NCBI RefSeq assembly: GCF_004010195.1
Contig: NC_057718.1
Span: 896,298 to 960,297 of the forward strand
Length of the DNA: 64,000 bases
Direction: 5' to 3'
Origin: Chiloscyllium plagiosum
Lineage: Eukaryota
Each line of letters starts with the position of its first letter. Position 1 is the stretch's first letter. The notes under the pieces were generated by a model. It saw nothing but the letters and a program-made list of their open reading frames with translations, was not told where the DNA came from and searched no databases. Position numbers and translations under genes: made by a program. Below, in pieces: positions 52,968-64,000 of the stretch.

Positions 52968-54161
52968 GAGAAAGTGAGGACTGCAGATGCTGGAGATCAG
53001 AGCTGAAAATGTGTTGCTGGAAAAGCGCAGCAGGTCAGGCAGCATCCAAGGAGCAGGAGAATCGACATTTTGGGCATAAGCCCTTCTTCAGGAATGAGGA
53101 AAGTGTGTCCAGCAGGCTAAGATAAAAGGTAGGGAGGAGGGACTTGGGGGAGGGGCGTTGGAAATGCGATAGGTGGAAGGAGGTCAAGGTGAGGGTGATA
53201 GGCCAGAGTGGGGGTAGGGGCGCAGAGGTCAGGACTGTGGCTGATGTTCTGATTATGTTCTGTTAATCTTTGTTCATTCATACCATAGGTTCATACGAAG
53301 TTTCATAATCGACAGGCACATGCTCCTGGCAGTGACACCTCCTGTCTTAGCTTCTCATACGATGGCAACACCCTGGCCTCACGTGGTGGTATGTGTCTGT
53401 TTCTGTACATATAAATATGTGCCTCGTAAGTACTGCGCAAGTGTTGCACCTCCTGCGGTTGCATGGGAAGGTGCCGGGAGTGGAGGTTGGGTCGGTGGGG
53501 GGTGTGGGTCTGACAAGGGAGTCGCGGAGGGAGTGGTCTCTACGGACAGCTGATAGGGGAGGGGAGGGAAATATATTCTTGGTGCTGGGGTCTGTTTGGA
53601 GGTGGCGGTAGTGACGGCGGATGATGCGCTGTACATGGAGATTGGTGGGGTGGTAGGTGAGGGCCAGTGGGGTTCTGTCCTGGTGGCGATTGGAGGGGCG
53701 GGGTTCAAGGGCGGAGGAGCGGGAAGTGGAGGAGATGCGGTGGAGAGCATCGTCGATCACGTCTGGGGGGAAATTGCGGTCTTTGAAGAAGGAGGCCATC
53801 TGGGCTGTTCAGTATTGGAAGTGGTCCTCTTGGGAGCAGATGCGGCGGAGACGAAGGAATTGGGAATATGGGATGGCGTTTTTATGGGGGCAGGGTGGGA
53901 GGAGGTGTAGTCTAGGTAGCTGTGGGAGTCGGTCGGTTTATAGTAAATGTCCGTGTTGATTCGGTCACCCGAGATAGAAATGGAGAGGTCTAGGAAGGGG
54001 AGGGAGGAGTCTGAGACGGTCCAGGTGAATTTGAGGTCGGGGTGGAAGGTGTTGGTAAAGTGGATGAACTGTTCAACCTCCTCGTGGGAGCACGAGGCAG
54101 CGCCGATACAGTCATCGATGTAGCGGAGGAAAAGGTGGGGGGGTGGTGCCAGTTTAGCTGC
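52968..54161 (-). mobile_element. 5'-truncated PLE carrying a foreign segment of about 200 bp
   Basis: TSD gtttgat at 52961-52967 and 54162-54168; FLRYIDDCIG and DIYYKPTDSHSYLDY; terminus at 52968-53234; GIY-YIG region missing and replaced by about 53235-53434. Confidence 0.88.
53289..53388 (+). pseudogene. WDR70: Orphan WDR70-like exon copy with splice sites, embedded in a Penelope-like element
   Basis: T-rich tract and ccatag| acceptor; G|gtatgt donor; 100 nt. Reads VHTKFHNRQAHAPGSDTSCLSFSYDGNTLASRGG, close to recalled vertebrate WDR70 (VHPKFHYKQAHDSGTDTSCVTFSYDGNVLASRGG). No other WDR70 exons seen. Confidence 0.8.
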
Positions 54162-54384
54162 GTTTGATCCCCACACTCCTGGCACCATCATAACTTTCTC
54201 AATCCCCTCCCTTGCCTTTCAAATCTCTTTGTCTCAATGGGGGAAATATTTTGGATTAGTCTTACTGGAGACAAATGTGGCTTGTTTTAATTGCCTCTGT
54301 TTTTATACTTTTGTGTCTAAAAACAAGTGTTGTCTATGATCGATTTGCTCCTTTGTTAAACTCAGTTTCTCTCCTTGTTGGAAG

Positions 54385-54493
54385 GTTTACCAGAGCTGGA
54401 CTCGGGACTCAGGGGCCAGCAGCTCTCCATGCCGAGGACAGAAGGCCAGCAGTCCTGGAGCAACACAAGCAGGACAGGCAGCAATGAGGATGG
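54385..54493 (+). CDS. NCOA1: NCOA1-like internal exon
   Basis: Pyrimidine tract then gaag| acceptor; GG|gtgagc donor; 109 nt, phase 1-2, bridging both neighbours in frame. Encodes GLPELDSGLRGQQLSMPRTEGQQSWSNTSRTGSNEDG (LPEL start as in NCOA1). Confidence 0.78.
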
Positions 54494-55559
54494 GTGAGCA
54501 GAGATGGTCAACCTGGAACTATGGTCAGGGAGCACCAATTGTGACGGTTAGAGCAGGGAAGCTGAAACGGTAAACTGAGGGACAGGATGATTTGTAATGC
54601 TGTGGTTTTGGCAAAAGTGAATGACTGAATATTTCATGTGCTTTTTGGATGATAAGGAAGTACTTTAATTGTTGTTAAATTTCCCAGAGACTGAATGGTC
54701 CTGAGCTCTTTCCTTGCTCTGTCTGATTACTGATTTGAACTTGGATAACTGTAGCAGTGGAAGCTAAACTTGAAGTCCCTGAGCTGAGGAGAGATAAATT
54801 AACTGGGGACTCTGGTAAGAAATGTTGGCTTAGCTTGTGATGTCAGCATTTCCACAAACAAATAAAAAAAATCTCCTGTTTATTCTTCAGAGATGTGTTT
54901 GATCATCTGCTGTAAAGCTCCCTATACGCACACTCCTGCTAATGGAGTTTGTGGGTACTGTGACAGCGTGTCAGGTTCTCACTGAGTGTCCAAGCAAGTG
55001 GGGCAGACAATGGCCTAGTGGTATTATCACTAGATCATTCATCCAGATAATGTTCTGGGGAGCAAACGCAGAAATTGCTGGAGAAACACAGAAGTTCATG
55101 CAGCATCTCTGGAGGGAAAACAGTTAGTGTACTGAGTGCAGTGACTCTTCTTTGAGATGGTCACTGGATTCAAATCTCATCATGGCAGATGGCTGAGTTG
55201 AATTCAATTTTTAAAAAAATCTGGAAACTGCTGTTCTTATCTTGTCTGGCCTAGATGTGATTCCAGACCCACAACAACATGGTTGACTATTAATTGTTCT
55301 CTGGGCAATTAGGGAGTGGCAGGACATGTCTGGCCAACAACACCCAAATCTGGTGAATGACTAAAGAAAACTGACTGTGGTTTATTGTGATTGACTTGTT
55401 GGGATTCCTGACCTTGACTATTTTAAGGCTCTTCAGCTTCGGTGACAGTGAGAACCTGGCAATACCTGGCTGTGATGTTACCTTGTTGACCCCTTTTGTC
55501 AAGTAGTGCTGCATGTTGCAGTGTAATGGCACTAATAGGCACTCCTGCTGCTTTCTCAG

Positions 55560-55728
55560 CTCTGGCTTCAGCACCCAAATGGACGAGCTGCTGTCTCCTC
55601 CAACAAGTACTGAAGGACGGAATGATGAGAAAGCACTCCTTGACCAACTTGTGTCATTCCTCAGCGCCAAAGATGAAGTGGAGCTCGTGGAAATTGACAA
55701 GGCTCTTGGAATTGACAAACTCGTTCAG
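55560..55728 (+). CDS. NCOA1: NCOA1-like exon, CBP/p300-interaction (AD1) region; GC donor
   Basis: ttctcag| acceptor. Encodes STQMDELLSPPTSTEGRNDEKALLDQLVSFLSAKDEVELVEIDKALGIDKLVQ, followed by CAG|gcaagt. Confidence 0.93.
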
Positions 55729-55790
55729 GCAAGTCAACCTCTCAGATAAAATCAAAATGCTAGAGAAACTCAGCTGGTCTGGCAGCATCT

Positions 55791-56742
55791 ACATAGAACA
55801 TAGAACAATACAGCACAGAACAGGCCCTTCGGCCCACGATGTTGTGCCGAACATTTGTCCTAGCTTAAGCACCCATCCATGTACCTATCCAATTGCCGCT
55901 TAAAGGTCACCAATGATTCTGACTCTGCCACTCCCACAGGCAACGCATTCCATGCCCCCACCACTCTCTGGGTAAAGAACCCACCCCTGACATCTCCCCT
56001 ATACCTTCCACCCTTCACCTTAAATTTATGTCCCCTTGTAACACTCTGTTGTACCCAGGGAAAAAGTTTCTGACTGTCTACTCTATCTATTCCTCTGATC
56101 ATCTTATAAACCTCGATCAAGTCACCCCTCATCCTTCGCCGTTCCAACAAGAAAAGGCCGAGAACTCTCAACCTAGCCTCGTACGACTTCCTCTCCATTC
56201 CAGGCAACATCCTGGTAAATCTTCTCTGCACCCCCTCCAAAGCTTCCACATCTTTCCTAAAGTGAACTAAGAACCCTACCGTTAGCCCTGTATTCCGCAT
56301 TCTTATTTGTTCTTCCAACCTCACACTTGGCAGGGTTGAACTCCATCTGCCACTCCTCAGCCCAGCTCGCATCATATCTAAGTCGCTTTGCAGCCGACAA
56401 CAGCCCTCCTTACTATCCACAACTCCACCAATCTTCGTATCGTCTGCAAATTTACTGACCCAGCCTTCGACTCCCTCTTCCAAGTCATTAATAAAAATTA
56501 CAAACAGCAGAGGACCCAGAACTGATTCCTGCGGAACTCCACTTGTAACTGGGCTCCAGGCTGAATATTTACCATCTACCACCACTCTCTGACTTCGACC
56601 GGTTAGCCAGTTCTCTATCCAACTGGCCAAATTTCCCTCTATCCCATGCCTCCTGACTTTCCGCATAAGCCTACCATGGGGAACCTTATCAAATGCCTTA
56701 CTAAAATCCATGTACACATCTGTACACATGTACACTAAAATC
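55791..56742 (-). mobile_element. CR1 LINE 3' part with internal deletion
   Basis: ORF 55860-56735 has DFSKAFDKVPH and SKFADDTK; TSD catct at 55786-55790 and 56743-56747. Confidence 0.9.
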
Positions 56743-57049
56743 CATCTGTAGAAAGAGAAACAGAATTAACATTTCTTTAGAATCCTGTGTATGACCTGTC
56801 CTGGGAGTGTTCGATGGTAAACAGTGTAGAGGGAGTTTTACTCTATATCCAACTGCATGCTATACCTGTCTTAGAACAAGAACATGGAACAGGCCTTTCA
56901 GCCCACCATGACTACGCCAAAAGTGATGCCATTTCTGAACTAATCCCATCTGCCTGTATATGGTTCATATCCTTCTATTCCCTGCCTGTTCATGTTAAAA
57001 AGCCTCTTAAATGTTGCTATCCTGTCTGCTTCTGCCACCTATCATCCAG

Positions 57050-57876
57050 ACAGTCCTCCACTGCCCCACCTCCATCCCCGTTCCACTGCTCTAAACCCTC
57101 ACCCACAACAAATGCAATAAGGCCAGAGTCCCTCTTGTCCTCACCTACCACCCCACCAGTCTCTGCATTCAACGCATCATCCTTAAACACTTCTGCCAAC
57201 TCCAACTAGACCCTACCACCAAGATCATCTTCCCCTCTCCTGCCTTCCGCAAAGATCGTTCCCTTCTACAGTCCTTGGTTTGCACCACCCTCCCCACCAA
57301 CGCCCCTGAACCCCCAGGTACCTTCCTCTGCGACCGGAAAATATGCAAAACATGGTGGCACACCAGCCCCTCACCTCCATCAGGGCCCCAAACAGTCCTT
57401 CCAGGTGAGAGAGAGGTTCACTTGCCTCTCCTCCAACTTAGTTTATTATATCAGGTGCTCCCAACGTGGTCTTTTCTACGTCGGGGAGACCGAACGTAAA
57501 CCTAGGGAACGGTCCGTCGAGCATCACATCCAGGCCTGCAGGAGCCAACCAGCCCTCCCAGTCACTGCCCATTTCGATTCCCTTTCCCATTCCCTTTACG
57601 ACATGACTGTCCTTGGCCTCCTCCATTGCCACAACGAACCAAACCGCAAATTGGAGGAACAACACCTCATCTTTCGTCTGTGCAGCCTACAGCCCAGAGG
57701 ACTCAACATTTGAGTTCTCCCATTTCAAATAACCTCCCTTCCCTTCCCCGACTCCCTTCCCAGCCCCTCCCCCTCCCTTCCATTTCACCCTGCCACCTAC
57801 CAGATCCATTCCTTCCATTGACCAACCACGTCGTACCCTCTACTTGCCTCTACGTATCCCCACCTCACCACCCTGC
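57050..57876 (+). mobile_element. PLE fragment with GIY-YIG, running into a gap (57877-58703)
   Basis: NLVYYIRCSQRGLFYVGETERK and RKLEEQHLIFRL. Confidence 0.85.
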
Positions 57877-58703
57877 NNNNNNNNNNNNNNNNNNNNNNNN
57901 NNNNNNNNNNNNNNNNNNNNNNNNNNNNNNNNNNNNNNNNNNNNNNNNNNNNNNNNNNNNNNNNNNNNNNNNNNNNNNNNNNNNNNNNNNNNNNNNNNNN
58001 NNNNNNNNNNNNNNNNNNNNNNNNNNNNNNNNNNNNNNNNNNNNNNNNNNNNNNNNNNNNNNNNNNNNNNNNNNNNNNNNNNNNNNNNNNNNNNNNNNNN
58101 NNNNNNNNNNNNNNNNNNNNNNNNNNNNNNNNNNNNNNNNNNNNNNNNNNNNNNNNNNNNNNNNNNNNNNNNNNNNNNNNNNNNNNNNNNNNNNNNNNNN
58201 NNNNNNNNNNNNNNNNNNNNNNNNNNNNNNNNNNNNNNNNNNNNNNNNNNNNNNNNNNNNNNNNNNNNNNNNNNNNNNNNNNNNNNNNNNNNNNNNNNNN
58301 NNNNNNNNNNNNNNNNNNNNNNNNNNNNNNNNNNNNNNNNNNNNNNNNNNNNNNNNNNNNNNNNNNNNNNNNNNNNNNNNNNNNNNNNNNNNNNNNNNNN
58401 NNNNNNNNNNNNNNNNNNNNNNNNNNNNNNNNNNNNNNNNNNNNNNNNNNNNNNNNNNNNNNNNNNNNNNNNNNNNNNNNNNNNNNNNNNNNNNNNNNNN
58501 NNNNNNNNNNNNNNNNNNNNNNNNNNNNNNNNNNNNNNNNNNNNNNNNNNNNNNNNNNNNNNNNNNNNNNNNNNNNNNNNNNNNNNNNNNNNNNNNNNNN
58601 NNNNNNNNNNNNNNNNNNNNNNNNNNNNNNNNNNNNNNNNNNNNNNNNNNNNNNNNNNNNNNNNNNNNNNNNNNNNNNNNNNNNNNNNNNNNNNNNNNNN
58701 NNN

Positions 58704-59260
58704 GCCTGCCTTGCTGTGTTCTCCCAGCCTCCTGATGCTGCCTGCCTTGCTGTGTCCCTGTCCCTCCTGATGCTGCCTGCCTTGCTGTGTCCCTGTCCCT
58801 CCTGATGCTGCCTGCCTTGCTGTGTCCCTGTCCCTCCTGATGCTGCCTGCCTTGCTGTGTCCCTGTCCCTCCTGATGCTGCCTGCCTTGCTGTGTCCCTG
58901 TCCCTCCTGATGCTGCCTGCCTTGCTGTGTCCCTGTCCCTCCTGATGCTGCCTGCCTTGCTGTGTCCCTGTCCCTCCTGATGCTGCCTGCCTTGCTGTGT
59001 CCCTGTCCCTCCTGATGCTGCCTGCCTTGCTGTGTCCCTGTCCCTCCTGATGCTGCCTGCCTTGCTGTGTCCCTGTCCCTCCTGATGCTGCCTGCCTTGC
59101 TGTGTCCCTGTCCCTCCTGATGCTGCCTGCCTTGCTGTGTCCCTGTCCCTCCTGATGCTGCCTGCCTTGCTGTGTCCCTGTCCCTCCTGATGCTGCCTGC
59201 CTTGCTGTGTCCCTGTCCCTCCTGATGCTGCCTGCCTTGCTGTGTTCTCCCAGCCTCCTG
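58704..59260. repeat. 35-bp tandem repeat (cctgatgctgcctgccttgctgtgtccctgtccct)
   Basis: 14 apparently identical units at 58731-59220 plus partial flanking units. Confidence 0.95.
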
Positions 59261-59314
59261 TTTGTCTCCCACTCTCTTGGCAGCACGTTCAAGGCATCTA
59301 CCACTCTTTGTGGG

Positions 59315-59762
59315 GGTGAGGGATTTGAGAGTGTGTGTTGGAAAACACAGGTCAGGCAGCATCTAGAACATAGAACATAGAACATAGAAGAATACAGCGC
59401 AGTACAGGCCCTTCGGCCCTTGATGTTGCGCTGATCCAAGCCCACCCAACCTACACTAACCCACTATCCTCCATATGCCCATCCAATGCCCGCTTAAATG
59501 CCCATAATGAGGGAGAGTCCACGACTGCTACTGGCAGGGCATTCCATGAACTCACAACTCGCTGAGTAAAGAACCTACCCCTAACATCTGTCCTATACCT
59601 ACCCCCCCTTAATCTGAGGAGCAGGAGAATCGATGTTTCAGGTATAAGACTTTCATTAGGAATCCCTCATTCCTGATGAAGGGTTTATGCCTGAAACTTC
59701 GATTCTCCTGCTCCTCAGATGCTGCCTGACCTTTTGTGCTTTTCCAGCACCACACTCTTGAC
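59315..59762. mobile_element. Palindromic PLE-derived element interrupted by a CR1 3' end (59365-59611)
   Basis: Inverted arms around aggaatccctcattcct; ctgatgaagggtttatgcctgaaacttc core; atct duplication around the CR1 piece. Confidence 0.78.
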
Positions 59763-60184
59763 CCTTTCATCTTAAACCTATGTCCCCTACGTTTAATGTG
59801 TCCACCCTGAGAGAAAGCTTCTGACTACCTACCGTATCCATTCTTTTCATAACTTTATATACTTCTATTAGGTTGAAAACAATTCAGCTTTGTCCAACCT
59901 CTCCTTGTAGGTAATACTCTTTCAATCCAGGCAACATCCTGGTAAACCTCATCTGTGTCCTTTCCAAAACCTCCATAACCTTCTGATGACCAAAGCTGCA
60001 CACAGTATTCCAAATGTGGCCTAACCAAAGTGTTATTCAGCTGTAAATGACTTGTGAGCTTTGATACTTAGTGCCCCTACCAGTGAAGGCAAGCATGCTG
60101 AATGTCACCTTTCCTGCCTTTTCCACTTGTCTTCGCACTTTCAGAGAGCTATGGACTTGGACCCTAAGATCTCTCTGTATATCA

Positions 60185-60590
60185 ATGCTCTCAAGGATCG
60201 TAGGAGTGTTTGATGGAAGTAGTGTAGAGGGATCTTTACTTTCAGTTTAAAAGAGGAGAGAGAGCTGTACTCTGTATCTAACTCTGTGCTGTAGAAGAAT
60301 AATGGAACCATTACACTCTATCTAATGCTGTGCTGTCCCTGTCATGGGTGTGTTTAATGGGGGACAGTGTACAGGGAGTTTTATGTTCAATTTAAGAATA
60401 GACGGTAGTTTAGTCTGTGTCTAACCCTGTGCAATCTATGCCCTGGGAGTGTATGATGGGGACATTGTGGAGGGAGCTTTGACTTCAGCTTAAAAGACTA
60501 CAGGAAGCTTTATTCTGTATCTAACCCTGTGCTGTTCCTGTCCTGGGAATGTTTAAATGGAACAGAGAGGGAGCATTACTTTCAGTTTTT
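60185..60590. repeat. Degenerate tandem repeat (ctgtatctaaccctgtgctg...gggacagtgtagagggagctttact); related copy about 56785-56870
   Basis: About 4 diverged units. Confidence 0.65.
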
Positions 60591-62674
60591 AGTCTGCAGA
60601 TGACACAAAAATAGGTGGAGTTTCCAGGTAATGTTGAGGAGATGGGAATAGATTCCAAATGAGAAAAGACATTCCAGCAATTGAACTCATGAATGACCAT
60701 GGAGAATATTGAAAAGGTCAGATTTGGCATGGAATTTATCCAGCAGACTAAGGGGTCTTGCACTGTGTAACTGTGTGGCATTGCTGCTTATTTGGCAGAG
60801 CAAGCATTGCTCCCTGTGCAACTTGGTGCACTTCTTAATTATTTGACAGGTTAAGTTTCAGTAGATTTTAAGAAAAATCCTGTTGGTGCCATTTGAACCC
60901 TGTATTGGAAACCGATCTAATTATTCTTCCTTTTCTTTAGAGTAAATCTCTAATTTCTCTGAGAGATGATAATCTCCAGGCATACAGAAATGACTGAGTT
61001 GTGACCCCATTGATTCTGTAAGGATTGTGCCAACTGCAGAACTCTGCCAGCTACCCCACCAGCATTTACCAGGTTGGTGGGTGAAAGCCCATGAGTTGGC
61101 CATTCACAACTTGGGGATGAATTTGCCTTCTGCTATGGAAGCTGGAAAAGTCACTTAAGTGGGACAGTCACAGATGAAGGGGACTTATGCCTCCCACCCT
61201 TGTTCAAAAACCTTAGATGAGCAGTTGGAAGCTTCATAAAAAAGAAAAGAATTGCAGATGCTGTAAATCAGAAATTAATGGAAGATCTCAGCAGATCTTG
61301 GCAGCATCTGTGAAGAGAAATCAGAGTTAATGTTTTGGGTCCAGTGACCCTTCCTCAGAACGAGTGGAAGCTACAAATCCATAAAGGCAGTTTGCACTTG
61401 AAGGCGCAATCTGTCTGTATCTGAATTTGAAGTTTTGAATATGCGAAAATTAAGACTTGACTTTGCTAGAAGAGAAATGCAGTTGAGATTGCTTTTCCAT
61501 TTCCAGGCTGTGCAGAGTGATGCAGTAATCATGCATGATGTTGTTTATTTTGTGTCACTTGTTAGAATGTGGTAGATAGACCAGTTTTTGTGGAGTAGAA
61601 CCTGTTTTTTAAAAAATATATATATAATGATTTAGGGCTGCTGTAATGTCTGGAGGATTCTGTATGAAATCTGTGTACTGTCATGGTGGTGGGTATATCC
61701 GCTGAGTTGGGAAGTTGATTTGCAGATGCTTTGTCCCCTGTATAGGCGACATCTTCAGTAATGTGAAGCCTCCTGTGAAGTGCTGCTGTACTGTGTCTGC
61801 TGGAATTTATTTGATTCTGTTGCTGCTGCTTCAGTTGCTGGTTCTGGTTGTTTACTGTAGCGGCCAGTATATTGGGTCCAGGTCAATGTGCTTGTTGATG
61901 GAGTCCATGGATGAGGGCCATGCTTCTAGGAATTCTCTGGCTGTCCTCTGTTTAGCTTCTTCTATGATCGTTGTGTTGGCCCAGTCAAATTTGTGGTTCC
62001 TGTCATCTGTGTGCACCTGAGCTACAAATCTTTACACAAACCTTGAATGTGTATACTGTAATCACGGAATAGTCAATAGCTGCTGTTCACTTACAATTAG
62101 AAACACCTGGACCAGCTAGCAGTGGATAAAGTCTTTTAACTCCAGCGTGAGACCATTAATTGGTCATCTTATTATATTCTTTGTCCGACATAAAATACCC
62201 GCTTTGCCCATAAGTGCAGTAGATGTCTCTCACGACCCTCCTCCTCTGTTTCCTCTCTTCCATTCTTGTTGGTATCTAATGTCCAACATTCTAACTCATC
62301 TCAAATCCCCATTCTCATTTCATCCCTGGCTCTCACTAATCTGCATTGGCTTCTTGGCCAGAAACACCTTAAATTTTAAATTCTCATCTGTGTCAACGTC
62401 CCTTCCTGTGACACAGACTGACTTCTTCCTCTGGACCTTTGTCACTGAATTGTCCCTGCTGCCTTTCTGACCAATTTTACCTAGTTTTGTGGAGACTGAG
62501 GATCAAACGTGGAATTTCTGGATTGTTTTAATTTTACCAGCTGAATTCCAAAAATATATTTTATATAATTCTGACACATTTTTCTGGAATTGCCTTCTTG
62601 TCCTAAATAAGCAAGTTAAAATTTACAATCTGATAAAAAACATCTGAGTCCGTTTCCACAAAAATGTAATTACG

Positions 62675-64000
62675 CGTGGGAAATCATGTCTCACTAACTT
62701 GAGTTTTTTTGAAGAAATAATGAAGGGGATTAATGATGTCAAAGCAGTGGACATGATCTATACAGACTTTAGTAAGGTGTTCGACAAGGGTCTGTATGGG
62801 AGCGTGTTTGGCAAGATTAGTTCACATGGAATACAGGGAGAACAAGGCATTTGGATACAGAACTGGCTCGAAGACTGGAGGCCTGTGACCAGTGGTGTGC
62901 CACAAGGATTGGTGTGGGTCCACTGCTTTTTGTCATTTATATAAATGATTTGGATGTGAACATAGGAAGTATAGTTAGTAAGTTTGCAGATGACACCAAA
63001 ATTGGAAGTGCAGTGGACATTGAAGAAGGTTACTTCAGAGTACACCGGGACCTTAATCAGATGGGCCAGTGGGCTGAGGAATGGGAGATGGAGTTTAATA
63101 TAGATAACTGTGAGTTGCTGCATTTTGGAAAGGTAAATCAGGGCAGGACTTATACACCTAATGGTAAGGTCCTAGAAGTGTTACTGGAGTGCAGGTTCAT
63201 AGTTCCTTGAAAAGGAGTTGCAGGTAGACAGGATAGTGAAGGAGGTGTTTGGTAACTCCTTTATTGGTTAGAGCATTGAGTGTAGGATTTCTTTGAGAAG
63301 GTGACCAAACAGGTAGATGAGAGTAAACCGGTTGAAGTGGTGTATATGGATTTCAGCAAGGCGTTCAAAAAGGTTCCCCACAGTAGGCTATTGTACAAAA
63401 TGCGGAAGAATGGGATTGTGGGAGATATAACAGTTTGGATCAGTAATAGGCTTGCTGAAAGAAGACAGAGGGTGGTGGTTGATGGGAAATGTTCATCCTG
63501 GAGTCCAGTTACTAGTGGTGTACTGCAAGGGTCGGTGTTGGGTCCACTGCTGTTCGTCATTTTTATAAACGACCTGGATGAGGTTGTAGAAGGGTGGCTT
63601 AGTAAATTTGCAGACAACACGAAGGTCGGTGGAGTTGTGGATAGTGACAAAGGATGTTGTAGGCTACAGAGAGACATAGATAAGCTGCAGAGTTGGGCTG
63701 AGAGGTGGCAAATGGAGTTTAATGCGGACAAGTGTGAGGTGATTCACTTTGGTCGGAGTAACCGGAATATAAAGTACTGGGTAATGGTAAGATTCTTGGT
63801 AGTGTAGATGAGCAGAGAGATCTCGGTGTCCAGGTACACAGATCCTTGAAAGCTGCCCACCCAGGTTGACAGGGTTGTTAAGAAGGCATACAGTGTTTTA
63901 GCTTTTATTAATAGAAGGATCGATAGATATAGGACAGATGTCAGAGGTAGTTTCTTTACTCAGAGAGTAGTAAGGGTATGGAATGCTTTGCCTGCAACGG
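62675..64000 (+). mobile_element. Two abutting CR1 RT fragments (junction near 63288)
   Basis: The RT core occurs twice: SKFADDTK at about 62980 and SKFADNTK at about 63600. Confidence 0.88.

Noticed and set aside
53289..53388. A genuine WDR70 gene nested in NCOA1
   Set aside because: Only one exon is seen, and it lies within a TSD-bounded transposon on the same strand as NCOA1.
54361..54384. Alternative acceptor at ctcag (54365)
   Set aside because: It is 19 nt upstream of 54385 and would shift the frame away from the LPEL-containing peptide.
57626..59445. Long ORFs of 308-526 aa
   Set aside because: Artefacts of the N gap plus the 35-bp tandem repeat.
55729..64000. Next NCOA1 exon after the GC donor
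   Set aside because: Candidate acceptors near 60940 and 61507 give no NCOA1-like peptide. The exon is probably beyond the window or in the gap.

Overview
Vertebrate genomic DNA, most likely a cartilaginous fish (inferred from HE1/V-SINE-type elements, dense CR1 LINEs and Penelope-like elements). The window lies inside a p160 nuclear receptor coactivator gene, best matching NCOA1/SRC-1, on the + strand. Eight internal exons (697-876, 3432-3527, 15197-15337, 39238-39385, 40799-41951, 52502-52673, 54385-54493, 55560-55728) splice in phase without stops. They encode the PAS-A end, PAS-B, three LxxLL NR boxes and the CBP/p300-interaction region; the last exon appears to use a GC donor. The introns are mostly nested repeats: a decayed Gmr1-type Gypsy element (SCAN-like gag, PR-IN-RT-RH order), two solo LTRs, many CR1 LINEs, Penelope-like elements (PLEs), SINEs and minisatellites. 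Two signals stand out. First, a 100-nt WDR70-like exon with intact splice sites and intron flanks sits inside a TSD-bounded PLE in an NCOA1 intron. Second, there is a family of short TSD-flanked PLE-derived elements carrying minimal hammerhead ribozyme motifs, one forming a perfect palindrome with 96-bp arms just downstream of an exon. Repeat boundaries without a TSD are approximate. Protein and family assignments are from recognition, not database searches.
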